Below are positions 19,779-29,325 of a DNA stretch of 64,000 bases, in pieces (position 1 is the first letter of the stretch; the number at the start of each line of letters is the position of its first letter). The stretch is taken from positions 1 to 64,000 of the forward strand of contig JAPSGB010000012.1 of the NCBI GenBank assembly GCA_035063585.1, in the 5' to 3' direction. The DNA comes from Polyangiaceae bacterium (lineage in GTDB: Bacteria; Myxococcota_A; Polyangia; Polyangiales; Polyangiaceae). The notes beneath the pieces are model-generated. The model saw nothing but the letters and a program-made list of their open reading frames with translations, did not search any database and was not told the DNA's origin. A program made the position numbers and the translations under genes.

Positions 19779-20387
19779 TCAATTGTCGCCGAAGAGGCTA
19801 TGGATCCGCGAGTCGAGCGCCATCGCGATCTTGTAGAGGCTCGAGATGCTGGGGCTCGACTCGGCGCGCTCGATCTGGGAGAGGAGCGAGATGCTGAGGC
19901 CCGTTCGTCGGCTCATCTGCTTGAGGGTGAGCTCCTTGTCCTTGCGGAGGGAGCGGATGGTGTCCCCGATGAGCTTGTGGAGCTGCTCCTCCGGCGTCCG
20001 CGCGAGCCCCTTCTTACGAATCACGCGCGCGAGCACCTCGCGGAACTCGTCGACGTTGAACGGCTTCTTGATGTAGTCGACCGCGTCGAGCTTCATCGAC
20101 GCGACCGCGGACTCGAGGTTCGGATGCGCGGTGAAGATCACGACGGCGACGTCGCTGTCGATGCCGCGGATGCGGCGGAGCACCTCGATGCCGTCGAGTC
20201 TCGGCATCATGAGATCGAGGATGATGACGTGATAGCTCCCTCGCCGAACCTCGTCCTCGACCAGCGTCGGATCGCTGACCGTCCCGACCGAGAAGCCGTC
20301 CTTCTCGAGCAGCGTCTGCATGTAGTCGAGGATGGCGCGATCGTCGTCGACGATCAGGATCCGCACGGCGGGCACTTCGATGGCCAC
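19779..20387 (-). CDS. response regulator, REC + XRE-type HTH
   Basis: ILIVDDD, ILDLMMP, KPF; C-terminal LTLKQMSRRTGLSISLLSQIERAESSPSISSL. Confidence 0.92.
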   Translation of the reverse strand: MAIEVPAVRILIVDDDRAILDYMQTLLEKDGFSVGTVSDPTLVEDEVRRGSYHVIILDLMMPRLDGIEVLRRIRGIDSDVAVVIFTAHPNLESAVASMKLDAVDYIKKPFNVDEFREVLARVIRKKGLARTPEEQLHKLIGDTIRSLRKDKELTLKQMSRRTGLSISLLSQIERAESSPSISSLYKIAMALDSRIHSLFGDN

Positions 20388-20632
20388 GGCTGTCTCCTCC
20401 AGTCGGGTAGCCGAGCGCGCCGAGCAGGCGCGACCGGCGTTTCAGTGTCACTACAATAGCGCCGGTGACGCCCGGAGTGGGTCTTTTTCGCCGGTGCCGC
20501 GCGCCAAAGGCTCATGAGCCGGCTGGCCGGCCTGGCGCCGGGCGACTCGAGGACCGCGAGCGCTGGTCCGTCGCTTGACGGCCGGGCCCGCGTTCACTAC
20601 GGGTGCGAGCCTCGTCTCGCCCTCCGGGGAGA

Positions 20633-20790
20633 GACACGCCGAATCCCGCCGCGCGCGGGAGCCGGGTCCGGGTGTCGCCTCTCTCTCGGAGGCGGCTCGG
20701 GGAGAAGGGAGCCTCGGCTCCCCGGGGCGCCTCGCTCCGATCCCGACACCCCGGGGCTGCAGCGCAGCCTACCTCGGTAGGAAGTCGAGG
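20633..20790 (+). ncRNA. c-di-AMP (ydaO/yuaA)-like riboswitch, variant architecture, in the kup leader
   Basis: GCCGAAT-hairpin-CCGGG ... GGGGAGAA-hairpin-hairpin(loop GCCTC)-CCCGA ... CTCGGTAGG in ydaO order. Loop CCTC is complementary to the SD GAGG, and the downstream gene is a K+ importer. Confidence 0.7.
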
Positions 20791-20794
20791 AACG

Positions 20795-22681
20795 ATGTCG
20801 AAATCCACGTCTGGGAGCGGCGGGCCGCGAGGCCGCTATCTCCTCTCACTCTCCGTGACCGGGCTCGGGGTCGTCTACGGTGATCTCGGCACCAGCCCGC
20901 TCTACTCGATGCGCGAGTGTTTCCGGGGTGAGCACTCGGTCCCGGTCACCGGGGACAACGTGCTCGGCGTCCTCTCGCTCATCTTCTGGTCGCTCACGCT
21001 CCTCATCACGGTCAAGTACCTCGCGTACGTGATGCGCGCCGACAACCGCGGCGAGGGCGGAATCCTCGCGCTCGCCGCGCTCGCGTCGAGCCGCGCGCGC
21101 GGCCGGCTGACGCTCGCCGTGGTGGTGTTCCTGGGGCTCTTCGGCGCCGCGCTGCTCTACGGCGACGGGATGATCACCCCTGCCATCTCGGTCTTGAGCG
21201 CGGTCGAGGGGCTCGGGTTCGCCGCGCCCGCGCTCGCGCATTTCGTGGTGCCCGTCACCATCGTGATCTTGATCGTGCTCTTCCTCGTCCAGCACCGTGG
21301 CACCGCGAGCGTGGGCTTGGTGTTCGGCCCGGTGATGCTGACGTGGTTCACGACGCTCGCGGCGCTCGGCATCGCCCACATCGTGGCGCACCCGTCCGTG
21401 CTGGTCGCCTTCTGGCCGGGCTACGCGGTCACGTTCCTCGTCACCAACGGGCTGCACGGACTGCTGGTGCTCGGCGGCGTGTTCCTGGTGGTCACCGGCG
21501 GCGAGGCGCTCTACGCGGACATGGGCCACTTCGGCGCGCGCCCCATCCGCCTCGCGTGGGGCGTGATCGTGCTGCCCGCGCTGGTCCTCAACTACTTCGG
21601 TCAGGGCGCGCTCCTCTTGACGCGCCCGGACGCCGCGGAGAACCCGTTCTACGCGATGGCGCCCGCGTGGGCGCTCTATCCGCTGGTCGTGCTCAGCACG
21701 GTCGCCGCCATCATCGCCTCGCAGGCGGTGATCTCGGGCGCGTTCTCGCTCACCCGGCAGGCCATCATGCTCGGCTTCTGGCCCCGCGTGCAGGTCGAGC
21801 ACACCTCCGCCCGCGAGATCGGACAGATCTACGTCCCGGTCATCAACTGGGTGCTGATGCTCGCCACCATCGGGCTGGTGCTCGGCTTCGGCTCGTCCGC
21901 CAACCTGGCGGCCGCTTACGGGATCGCCGTCACCACCACCATGGTCATCACCACCCTCCTCGCGTTCCTGGTCGCGCGGCAGAGCTGGGGCTGGAGCCTG
22001 CTCGCGGCCGGCGGGGTGACCGCGGCGTTCCTCATCATCGATATGGCCTTCTTCGGCGCGAATATCATCAAGGTCGAGCGGGGAGGCTGGTTCCCGCTGG
22101 TGGTCGCCGCCGGCATCTTCCTCCTCATGACGACCTGGAAGAAGGGACGCGCCATCCTCGGCAAGCGCGTGCGCGGCAACATGATCCCGCTCGCCGATTT
22201 CTACGAGCTCATCCGGGTCGAGCGACCCGCGCGTGTGCCCGGCACGGCGGTCTTCATGACCGGAAACGCCGACGGCACGCCTCCCGCGCTCATCCAGAAC
22301 TTCACGCACAACCGCGTGCTCCACAAGCAGAGCATCCTGCTCACCATCGTCACCGAGGAGGTCGCTCGCGTCTCGCCCGCCGAGCGCTTCCAGGTCGAGC
22401 AGCTCGAGGAGGGCTTCGTGCGCCTGGTCGGCCGCTACGGGTTCATGGAAGAGCCGGACGTCCCCGCGCTCCTCTCGGAGAGCGGAATCACCGGCTACAG
22501 CCTCCAGCACACCACCTTCTTCATGGGTCGCGAGACGCTCCTCGCCGAAGGGCGCGAAGGCATGGCTCGCTGGCGCGAAGTCGTCTTCGCGGCCATGAGC
22601 CGGAACGCCCAGCGCGCCACTGCGTTCTTCAACATTCCGCCAGACCGGGTGATGGAGATCGGCGCGCAGATCGAGCTCTGA
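20795..22681 (+). CDS. kup: KUP/HAK/KT potassium transporter
   Basis: GVVYGDLGTSPLY, DNRGEGGILAL, YGDGMITPAISVLSAVEG, GGEALYADMGHFG, GQIYVP; SD GAGG 4 nt before ATG 20795. Confidence 0.96.
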   Translation: MSKSTSGSGGPRGRYLLSLSVTGLGVVYGDLGTSPLYSMRECFRGEHSVPVTGDNVLGVLSLIFWSLTLLITVKYLAYVMRADNRGEGGILALAALASSRARGRLTLAVVVFLGLFGAALLYGDGMITPAISVLSAVEGLGFAAPALAHFVVPVTIVILIVLFLVQHRGTASVGLVFGPVMLTWFTTLAALGIAHIVAHPSVLVAFWPGYAVTFLVTNGLHGLLVLGGVFLVVTGGEALYADMGHFGARPIRLAWGVIVLPALVLNYFGQGALLLTRPDAAENPFYAMAPAWALYPLVVLSTVAAIIASQAVISGAFSLTRQAIMLGFWPRVQVEHTSAREIGQIYVPVINWVLMLATIGLVLGFGSSANLAAAYGIAVTTTMVITTLLAFLVARQSWGWSLLAAGGVTAAFLIIDMAFFGANIIKVERGGWFPLVVAAGIFLLMTTWKKGRAILGKRVRGNMIPLADFYELIRVERPARVPGTAVFMTGNADGTPPALIQNFTHNRVLHKQSILLTIVTEEVARVSPAERFQVEQLEEGFVRLVGRYGFMEEPDVPALLSESGITGYSLQHTTFFMGRETLLAEGREGMARWREVVFAAMSRNAQRATAFFNIPPDRVMEIGAQIEL

Positions 22682-22936
22682 ATCGGCAGCCATCGAGCTC
22701 GAGGCTGGCCGGTTCGGCGCGGCCGGCGGCGCGCTCGGCGCTCGCCCGAGCACGGCGGGGCTCCGCGCCGGACCGACACCACCACCTCCTCGACCGGGGT
22801 CCGAGCGAGCGCGAGCGCGCGCTCGGCGGCGCGCCGAGGCCGAATGCGCGCGTCACCGCTTGCGCCGCGCACGGCAAAGGCTCCAGAATGGGCGGACTCG
22901 GTCGGCGGCCGTCGCCTCCGAGCTCTGGAGACAGCG

Positions 22937-23404
22937 TTGACCGACGTCCACGAGCACCCAGCCGGAACCGAGCTCGCACAGATCGACGAGGTGATCGGCC
23001 GGCTCGTCAAGAAGGCGAACGCCATCGGGGCCTTCCTCATCGATCGCGCGGGGCAGGTGGTGAGCGCGAACGGCGATCTCGACGAGCTCGACTCGACCTC
23101 GCTCGCGTCGCTCACGGCCGGTAACGTCGCGGCGACCGACGGCATCGGCAAGCTGCTGCTGGCCGGCGAGTTCTCCGCGCAGTTTCACGAAGGCAAGGAC
23201 ACCCACGTCCACATTCGCCTGGTTGGAAAGCGGGTGATCTTGGTGGTCATCTTCGGCACGAGCTCGAGCCTGGGGCTCGTCCGCCTGCGCGCGCGCGAGG
23301 CCGGAGACGAGCTCGACCGGCTCTTCGCGCTCCTCATCGAGCGGCAACACTCGGGCTCGTTCGAGGAGATCTCGGACGGCGACCTCGAAGACCTCTTCAA
23401 CTGA
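22937..23404 (+). CDS. mglB: MglB-family roadblock/LC7 protein
   Basis: DSTSLASLTAGNVAA, QFHEG, SSLGLVRLR and the acidic amphipathic tail FEEISDGDLEDLF. TTG start follows GGAG; start uncertain. Confidence 0.85.
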   Translation: MTDVHEHPAGTELAQIDEVIGRLVKKANAIGAFLIDRAGQVVSANGDLDELDSTSLASLTAGNVAATDGIGKLLLAGEFSAQFHEGKDTHVHIRLVGKRVILVVIFGTSSSLGLVRLRAREAGDELDRLFALLIERQHSGSFEEISDGDLEDLFN

Positions 23405-23447
23405 GCTTCCGCGCCGGCGTGCGGGCGCGCGCTCCGCGCGTCCGAGC

Positions 23448-24182
23448 TCAGTACTCGAGCATGAGGTCGAGATCGGCGACGAGCGGCAGGTGATCGCTCG
23501 CTTGTTTGGCGAGCCCGGTGTGGAGCGAGCCGCAGGCGCGGACGGTGATGTCGCCGCGGGCGAAGATGCCGTCGAGCGGGCGGACCGGCAACCAGGCCGG
23601 GAAGGTGTTCACCAGCTTGCCCGCGCGGTGAAACCCCGCCGGCTGGAGGAAGCGGGGGCCGAGCGTGCCCCACACGTCGTTGAGATCGCCGCCGAGCACG
23701 ATGGGGGTGCGCTGGTGCAGCCCTTTGAACGGCTCGCTGGCGAGGAAACGCTCGAGCTGGAGCCCGCGCTCGCTGCCCGCGAGCCCGAGGTGGAGGTTGT
23801 GGAAGATCACGGTGCGCGAGCGCCGCCCGGAGCGCACGCGCGTGCGCGTCTGCAGGGCGCCGCGCTTCTTGCGGGTGCCGATGGTGAGATCGACGTGACA
23901 GGGGTTCGAGACGGGCCAGCGGCTGAGGATCGCGTTGCCGTAGCCGCCGACCGAGAAGCGATGCTGCGGGGCATAGGCTCGATGCGGCATATCGAGCGCA
24001 GCGGCGAGGAGCTCCGCCTGATCGTGGAACTTGGAGCGCGGCATGTCCTCGCTCACCTCTTGCAGCAGCGCGACGTCCGGCTGGAGCGCGGCGAGGACCT
24101 CGACGATGCGCTCGATGCGGTAGCGGCGATCGACGCCGCCGATGCCCTTGTGGATGTTCCAGGAGACGACGCGGAGGCGCAT
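23448..24182 (-). CDS. endonuclease/exonuclease/phosphatase (EEP, YbhP-like)
   Basis: SWNIHKG, LQEV, GNAILSR, GDLN, SDHLP. Confidence 0.92.
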   Translation of the reverse strand: MRLRVVSWNIHKGIGGVDRRYRIERIVEVLAALQPDVALLQEVSEDMPRSKFHDQAELLAAALDMPHRAYAPQHRFSVGGYGNAILSRWPVSNPCHVDLTIGTRKKRGALQTRTRVRSGRRSRTVIFHNLHLGLAGSERGLQLERFLASEPFKGLHQRTPIVLGGDLNDVWGTLGPRFLQPAGFHRAGKLVNTFPAWLPVRPLDGIFARGDITVRACGSLHTGLAKQASDHLPLVADLDLMLEY

Positions 24183-24252
24183 GGCGGGTACGGCGGCAGA
24201 GTGTAATATCCGAAAGTAGGCCGCGGCACGGCTCCGCTTCGAGAATCAGGGC

Positions 24253-25482
24253 ATGACCGAGTCACCCCCACGAGATCTGACCGGGACGGTGGTCGCCGAG
24301 CGTTACCGCGTCGAGCGGCTCCTCGGGCAGGGGGCGATGGGCTCGGTCTGGGCCGGACGGCACCTCTCCCTCGAGCAGCTGGTCGCCATCAAGTTCTTGC
24401 ACCCGCGGCTCGCAGGCAGCCGGGAGGCGCTCAGGCGCTTCGACACCGAGGCCAAGGCGGCGGCGCGCATCCGCAGTCGCCACGCGGTCACCGTCCACGA
24501 TCACGGCGTGACCGCGGACGGGCAGCCGTACATCGTGATGGAGTGCCTCGAGGGCGAGTCGCTCGGGCAGGCCATCGAGCGCCGCGGGCGGCTCCCGCTC
24601 GAGGAGGTGGCCGAGATCGTCTCCCAGGCGGCCAAGGCGCTCGACGAGGCGCACGCCGCCGGGATCGTTCATCGCGACCTCAAGCCGGACAACATCCTCC
24701 TCGCGAGGGATCCGGAGGCGGGCCGGCTCGGCTACACCGTGAAGCTCGTCGATTTCGGCATCGCCAAGCTGGTCCATGACGAGGCGGCCACCGGCGCCGC
24801 GGCGACCCAGGCGGGCGCCGTGCTCGGGACGCCGCACTTCATGAGCCCCGAGGCGCTCACCGCCTCGAGCCCGGTGACCGCGGCCTCCGACGTGTGGTCG
24901 CTCGGCGCTTGCGCGTTCGCCGCGGTATGCGGGCGGGTCCCGTTCGAGGGCGACGCGATCGGCGACGTGGTGCTGAAGGTGTGCGCGGCGCCCATGCCGG
25001 TGCCGAGCGCGAGTGCGCCCCGCGTACCGAGAGCGTTCGACGCCTGGTTCGCGCGGAGCTGCGCGCGCGAGCCGAAGCAACGCTTCGCGAGCGCGGGTGA
25101 GGCCGCCCGCGCGCTCCGAGAGCTCGAGCGATGGGCCGGGGCCGAGCGGGAGCGCGGAACCTTCGAGCTCGCACCAGCGGCCGCGCTCGACCTCGAGCTC
25201 CCCGAGCCCCGCCCTTCGAGCCGCGGCGTGCTCTTGGCCGGGCTCCTCGTCGGCGCGGCGGTGACGCTCGGCAGCCTCGGGGCGCTCGTCTACGTGCGCA
25301 CCGAACAAGCCAACCGCGCCATGGCCGCGACGGCGGCGAGCGCCAACGCCGCCATCGAGGCCGCCAACGAGCGAAAGCTGGCGGAGGCCGATCAAGCGTT
25401 CTGGGAAGCCGGAGCGCCGGAGGCCAGCGCGCCGACGCCGCCCCCGCGACCGCCTCGCCAGCCGAGTCGCGTAGAGCGCTGA
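24253..25482 (+). CDS. membrane Ser/Thr protein kinase
   Basis: LGQGAMGSV, VAIK, HRDLKPDN, DFG, GTPHFMSPE; C-terminal TM helix. Confidence 0.93.
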   Translation: MTESPPRDLTGTVVAERYRVERLLGQGAMGSVWAGRHLSLEQLVAIKFLHPRLAGSREALRRFDTEAKAAARIRSRHAVTVHDHGVTADGQPYIVMECLEGESLGQAIERRGRLPLEEVAEIVSQAAKALDEAHAAGIVHRDLKPDNILLARDPEAGRLGYTVKLVDFGIAKLVHDEAATGAAATQAGAVLGTPHFMSPEALTASSPVTAASDVWSLGACAFAAVCGRVPFEGDAIGDVVLKVCAAPMPVPSASAPRVPRAFDAWFARSCAREPKQRFASAGEAARALRELERWAGAERERGTFELAPAAALDLELPEPRPSSRGVLLAGLLVGAAVTLGSLGALVYVRTEQANRAMAATAASANAAIEAANERKLAEADQAFWEAGAPEASAPTPPPRPPRQPSRVER

Positions 25483-25599
25483 GCGCTGAGCTGCTATCGC
25501 GCGAAGCGCTGCGCGCCGCCGCCGCGACTCGTCGGGTTCTCTCCTGGCTCCACCTCGGGGGTTGGGATATGGTGCCGCCCGCACGAAGGACGGTGGCAG

Positions 25600-26163
25600 A
25601 TGGCGATGATCGACGACATCCTGGGCGAGCTCCGCGACGCCGGAGAGAAGGCGAAGGAGGCGCTCAAGCGCGAGCTCGCGAAGCTCCGGACGGGGCGGGC
25701 CAACCCGAGTATGCTCGACTCGCTCCGCGTCGATTACTACGGCCAGCAGACTCCGATCGCTCAAATGGCCACGGTCGGCGTCCCGGAGCCGCGCCTGCTC
25801 ACCGTGAAACCCTGGGACAAGGGCCAGGTCAAGGCGGTCGAGAAGGCCATCCAGGAGAGCGGGCTCGGCCTGAACCCCCAGATCGACGGCGAGCTCATCC
25901 GGATCCCGATCCCGCCGCTCAGCGAGGAGCGGCGGAAGGAGCTGGTGAAGCTCGCCCGGAAGTACGGCGAGGAGTGCAAGGTCGCGATCCGCAAGGCTCG
26001 CCACGACGCCCTCGATCTCCTCGGCGAGCTGAAGGCGGGCGGAGATGCGAGCGAGGACGAGGCTGACCGGGCGAAAAAGCGGGCCGAGGAGCTCGTAGCG
26101 GAGTCGGGGCAGAGCGTCGACGGCATCGTTCAGGCGAAGGAAAAAGAAATCCTGACCGTGTAG
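25600..26163 (+). CDS. frr: ribosome recycling factor
   Basis: LRTGRANPSMLD, GLNPQIDG, IPPLSEERRKELVK, KEKEIL. Confidence 0.97.
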   Translation: MAMIDDILGELRDAGEKAKEALKRELAKLRTGRANPSMLDSLRVDYYGQQTPIAQMATVGVPEPRLLTVKPWDKGQVKAVEKAIQESGLGLNPQIDGELIRIPIPPLSEERRKELVKLARKYGEECKVAIRKARHDALDLLGELKAGGDASEDEADRAKKRAEELVAESGQSVDGIVQAKEKEILTV

Positions 26164-26295
26164 CGTGGGTCGCCGGGCTGAAGGAGGGGGGACGCGGAGC
26201 CTCATCTTGATTGACACGGCCGCGCGCCAAGGGAAATCTGAGGGGAGAGTGCGCTCGGTGCACTCGAGCGGTCATCCCATGAGGACATCGTCGGA

Positions 26296-27237
26296 ATGCG
26301 CGCGGTAGCAGCAGGGCTCAGCGACGTCGGGCTGCAGCGCGACCACAACGAGGACAGCTTCGCCATCCTCGACGACCAGGAGCTCTACGTGGTCGCCGAC
26401 GGCATGGGCGGGCACCGCGCCGGCGACGTAGCGAGTCGCCTGGCGACCGACGCGATCATCGAATTCTTCCGGGCGACCGCCTCCGATGACGTCACCTGGC
26501 CGTTTCACTTCGACTCCCGGCTGAGCGAGGAGGAGAACCGCCTGCTCACCGGGATCCGCATCGCGAATCGTCAGATCGTCGAGAGGAGCGCCCGCTCGCG
26601 CGAGTGTCATGGGATGGGTACGACCGTGGTCGGCGCGCTCTTCAGCCCGAAGAAGCAGAAGATGTTCATCGGGCACGTGGGCGACAGTCGCGCGTACCGG
26701 GTCCGCGGCGGCGAGATCAAGCAGATGACCCGCGATCACTCGCTCTTCAATGAGTACGTGCTCGCCATGCCCGAGCTCACGGACGACCAGCGGAGCGAGT
26801 TGCCGAAGAACGTCATCACGCGCGCGCTCGGCATGCAGGACAACGTCACCGTCGATCTGCAGAGCGACGACGCGGTGCTCGGTGACGTCTACGTCCTCTG
26901 TTCGGATGGGCTGAGCGGTATGCTCGACGACGCCGAGATCCTCGGTGTCATCCGCGAGACGCCCGATCTCACCGAGGCGTGCCGGAAGCTCATCATGCTC
27001 GCCAACGAGCATGGCGGCGAAGACAACATCACGGCGCTCTGCGTCCGGATCGAGACCGGCGCGCCGCTCGGCGGCAAGATCGATCTGAGCGACACGCTCC
27101 CCATCGCAGCGCGACCAAGCACCTCGACCGCCCCGATGTCGGCGTCCGAGCAGGCGGCCGACACTCCTCCGGCGGGGGTCGCCGCGGTGAGCGATTCGAG
27201 CCCGCCGCCGAGCGACCCGGCGCCCTCGTCCGGCTGA
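26296..27237 (+). CDS. PP2C/PPM Ser/Thr phosphatase (Stp1/PrpC type)
   Basis: RDHNED, VADGMGGH, GMGTT, HVGDSRAY, CSDGL, GGEDNIT. Confidence 0.95.
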   Translation: MRAVAAGLSDVGLQRDHNEDSFAILDDQELYVVADGMGGHRAGDVASRLATDAIIEFFRATASDDVTWPFHFDSRLSEEENRLLTGIRIANRQIVERSARSRECHGMGTTVVGALFSPKKQKMFIGHVGDSRAYRVRGGEIKQMTRDHSLFNEYVLAMPELTDDQRSELPKNVITRALGMQDNVTVDLQSDDAVLGDVYVLCSDGLSGMLDDAEILGVIRETPDLTEACRKLIMLANEHGGEDNITALCVRIETGAPLGGKIDLSDTLPIAARPSTSTAPMSASEQAADTPPAGVAAVSDSSPPPSDPAPSSG

Positions 27238-27246
27238 CCTCGCCGC

Positions 27247-27819
27247 CTATTCCGAGCAGTTCTCGAAGATGAACTCACCCGACGCGGCGCACGTCGTGGT
27301 GGTGGGCAAGCTCGTGTCGAGGATCTTCGGGCACTCGAACCGCGCCCAGATCCGACCCGGGGCGACCTGCAACGGGTCCTTGTCGACGTAGAAGGTGCAC
27401 GGCGCATCGGCAGGGCTGGCGACGGTGGCCTGGAACTGGCTCGAGTATTGGGCAATCGAGCCCTGTCCGGAGCCGCCCTTGGCGACGTTGCCGCTGAAGG
27501 AGAACGCCGCCGCGCTCCCGTTGATCGAGCCCGTGATGCTGAACTGATCCTTGCCGTGGATCGAGCACGAGACGCTGAAGCCCTCGGAGCCGTCCTCGAC
27601 GCGACCGCCCGGCTGGTTCACCTCGTGGCTCGGCGGCGAGCCCCCCTTCTTCGCGATCTGCATGTTATGCGCGATCTTGCAGACGGTCGGGTCCTCCTGG
27701 CCGGCGAAGACTCGCATCTGAAGGTTGCCGTCGGGGGGCGGCTCCTTGGCGCCGCTGCACCCCAGCACGAAGGCCGTCGCCAAAATCCCGGCGGCCACTC
27801 CACAAGCACCAGCCTTCAT
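27247..27819 (-). CDS. hypothetical lipoprotein
   Basis: Lipobox VLGC; Cys-containing, beta-rich mature part. Confidence 0.7.
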   Translation of the reverse strand: MKAGACGVAAGILATAFVLGCSGAKEPPPDGNLQMRVFAGQEDPTVCKIAHNMQIAKKGGSPPSHEVNQPGGRVEDGSEGFSVSCSIHGKDQFSITGSINGSAAAFSFSGNVAKGGSGQGSIAQYSSQFQATVASPADAPCTFYVDKDPLQVAPGRIWARFECPKILDTSLPTTTTCAASGEFIFENCSE

Positions 27820-27853
27820 CGCTCTCTCCCTGGTTCGAACCTTGCCTGGATTT

Positions 27854-29026
27854 CTAGCCGATCTTGGCGGCCTCGACCATCGCTTGTTCGAGGTCCGCCC
27901 AGAGATCGTCCACGTGTTCCAGGCCGACCGACAGCCGGACCAGGGTATCGGAGATCCCGATGGCGCGGCGTGTCTCCGCGGGGATCGAGGCGTGGGTCAT
28001 GAGCGCGGGGTGCTCGGCGAGCGACTCGACGCCGCCCAGGCTCTCTGCCAGCGCGAAGATCCGGAGCGACGCCAGGAACCGCCGCGCGTGCTCGAGGCCG
28101 CCCGCGAGCTCGATGCTCATCATCCCGCCGCCGCCCTTCATTTGTCGCCGGCAGAGGGCGTGGTCGGGGTGGCTCTCGAGCCCGGGGTAGTGGACTCGGG
28201 TCACGCCGGGCGCTCGCTCGAGCCTCCGCGCCAGCTCCCCGGCGGACTCGACGTGGCGCTGCATCCGTACCGGCAGCGTCTTGACGCCGCGGAGCACGAG
28301 GTAGGCGTCCATCGGCGAGGGGACCGCGCCGATGGCGTTCTGGAGAAACCCGATGCGCTCGGCCAGGGCCGCGTCGCTCGTGACGAGCGCGCCGCCCACG
28401 ACGTCCGAGTGTCCGTTGATGTACTTGGTGGTCGAGTGCATCACGACCGTCGCGCCGAGCTCGAGCGGTCGCTGCAGCGCCGGCGACGCGAAGGTGTTGT
28501 CGACCACCAGCGGGAGGCCTCGCGCTCTCGCGAGATCCGCGATCGCATGGATGTCGAAGACCTTGAGCATCGGGTTGGTCGGCGTCTCCATCCACACGAG
28601 CTGGGTGGCGCTGGTGAGGGCGCCGGCGACCCGCGATGGGTCGCGCATGTCGACGAAGGTGGTGGCGATGCCGAGCGGCTTCATCACCTTGTCGAATAGC
28701 CGAAACGTCCCGCCATACACGTCGTCGCCGCACACGACGTGCGCTCCCGGGGCGAGCGTGTGGAGCAGGGTGGCCGCCGCCGCGCTGCCGCTCGCGAACG
28801 CGAAACCGTGCGCGCCACCCTCGAGCGCGGCGAGGCACTTCTCGAGCGCCTCCCGGGTCGGGTTCCCGCTGCGCGAGTACTCGTACCGCAGCGGCTTGCC
28901 GGGCTCACGCTGCGCGAAGGTGCTCGACAGCACGATCGGCTGCATCACCGCGGCGTGGGTCGGGTCGGGCTCCTGTCCCGCGTGGATCGCCAGGGTCTCG
29001 AACGCGGTCTCCGTCGGCTGGCTCAT
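27854..29026 (-). CDS. cystathionine gamma-synthase/gamma-lyase (Cys/Met PLP enzyme)
   Basis: YSRSGNPTR, DDVYGGT, ETPTNP, DNTFASP, STTKYINGHSD, AESLGGVESL. Confidence 0.93.
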   Translation of the reverse strand: MSQPTETAFETLAIHAGQEPDPTHAAVMQPIVLSSTFAQREPGKPLRYEYSRSGNPTREALEKCLAALEGGAHGFAFASGSAAAATLLHTLAPGAHVVCGDDVYGGTFRLFDKVMKPLGIATTFVDMRDPSRVAGALTSATQLVWMETPTNPMLKVFDIHAIADLARARGLPLVVDNTFASPALQRPLELGATVVMHSTTKYINGHSDVVGGALVTSDAALAERIGFLQNAIGAVPSPMDAYLVLRGVKTLPVRMQRHVESAGELARRLERAPGVTRVHYPGLESHPDHALCRRQMKGGGGMMSIELAGGLEHARRFLASLRIFALAESLGGVESLAEHPALMTHASIPAETRRAIGISDTLVRLSVGLEHVDDLWADLEQAMVEAAKIG

Positions 29027-29094
29027 GGCCCTCGCCTCTTACCACGACGCGCTCGGGTTTCCTGTCAGCGCGTCGCGGCCGGCGGCGCGATTTC

Positions 29095-29169
29095 GGGGTG
29101 AGTGACGGGGATCGAACCCGCGACGACTGGAGCCACAATCCAGTGCTCTACCACTGAGCTACACCCACC
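29095..29169 (-). tRNA. tRNA-His (GTG)
   Basis: Reverse complement reads GGTGGGTGTAGCTCAGTGGTAGAGCACTGGATTGTGGCTCCAG...GGTTCGATCCCCGTCACTCACCCC. G-1:C73 is present; the 3' end reads CCG, so the terminal A is not encoded. Confidence 0.95.
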
Positions 29170-29325
29170 GTACGTCACGATGGACCCCGCCGGGACGAAC
29201 CCGGCGTACGGCGCATTTAGTCCAGACTGCCCCGGCCGCGCAACCGCCCCGAGCGGCGAGTGGCAGTTGGGCGCCAGCTTTCGCTCTTGCCCGGGACCGG
29301 TTACCCTTCCTCGCGGAGCTTGGTG

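Noticed and set aside
20603..20794. 64-aa N-terminal extension of Kup in the ORF track
   Set aside because: The extension is not Kup-like. An SD precedes ATG 20795, and the region is better explained as a structured leader.
29094..29097. tRNA-His pseudogene because the 3' end reads CCG
   Set aside because: All arms and G-1:C73 are intact, and CCA is commonly added post-transcriptionally.
15923..29169. integrative element between the two tRNA genes
   Set aside because: There is no integrase or duplicated tRNA 3' end, and the interval holds housekeeping genes (kup, frr).
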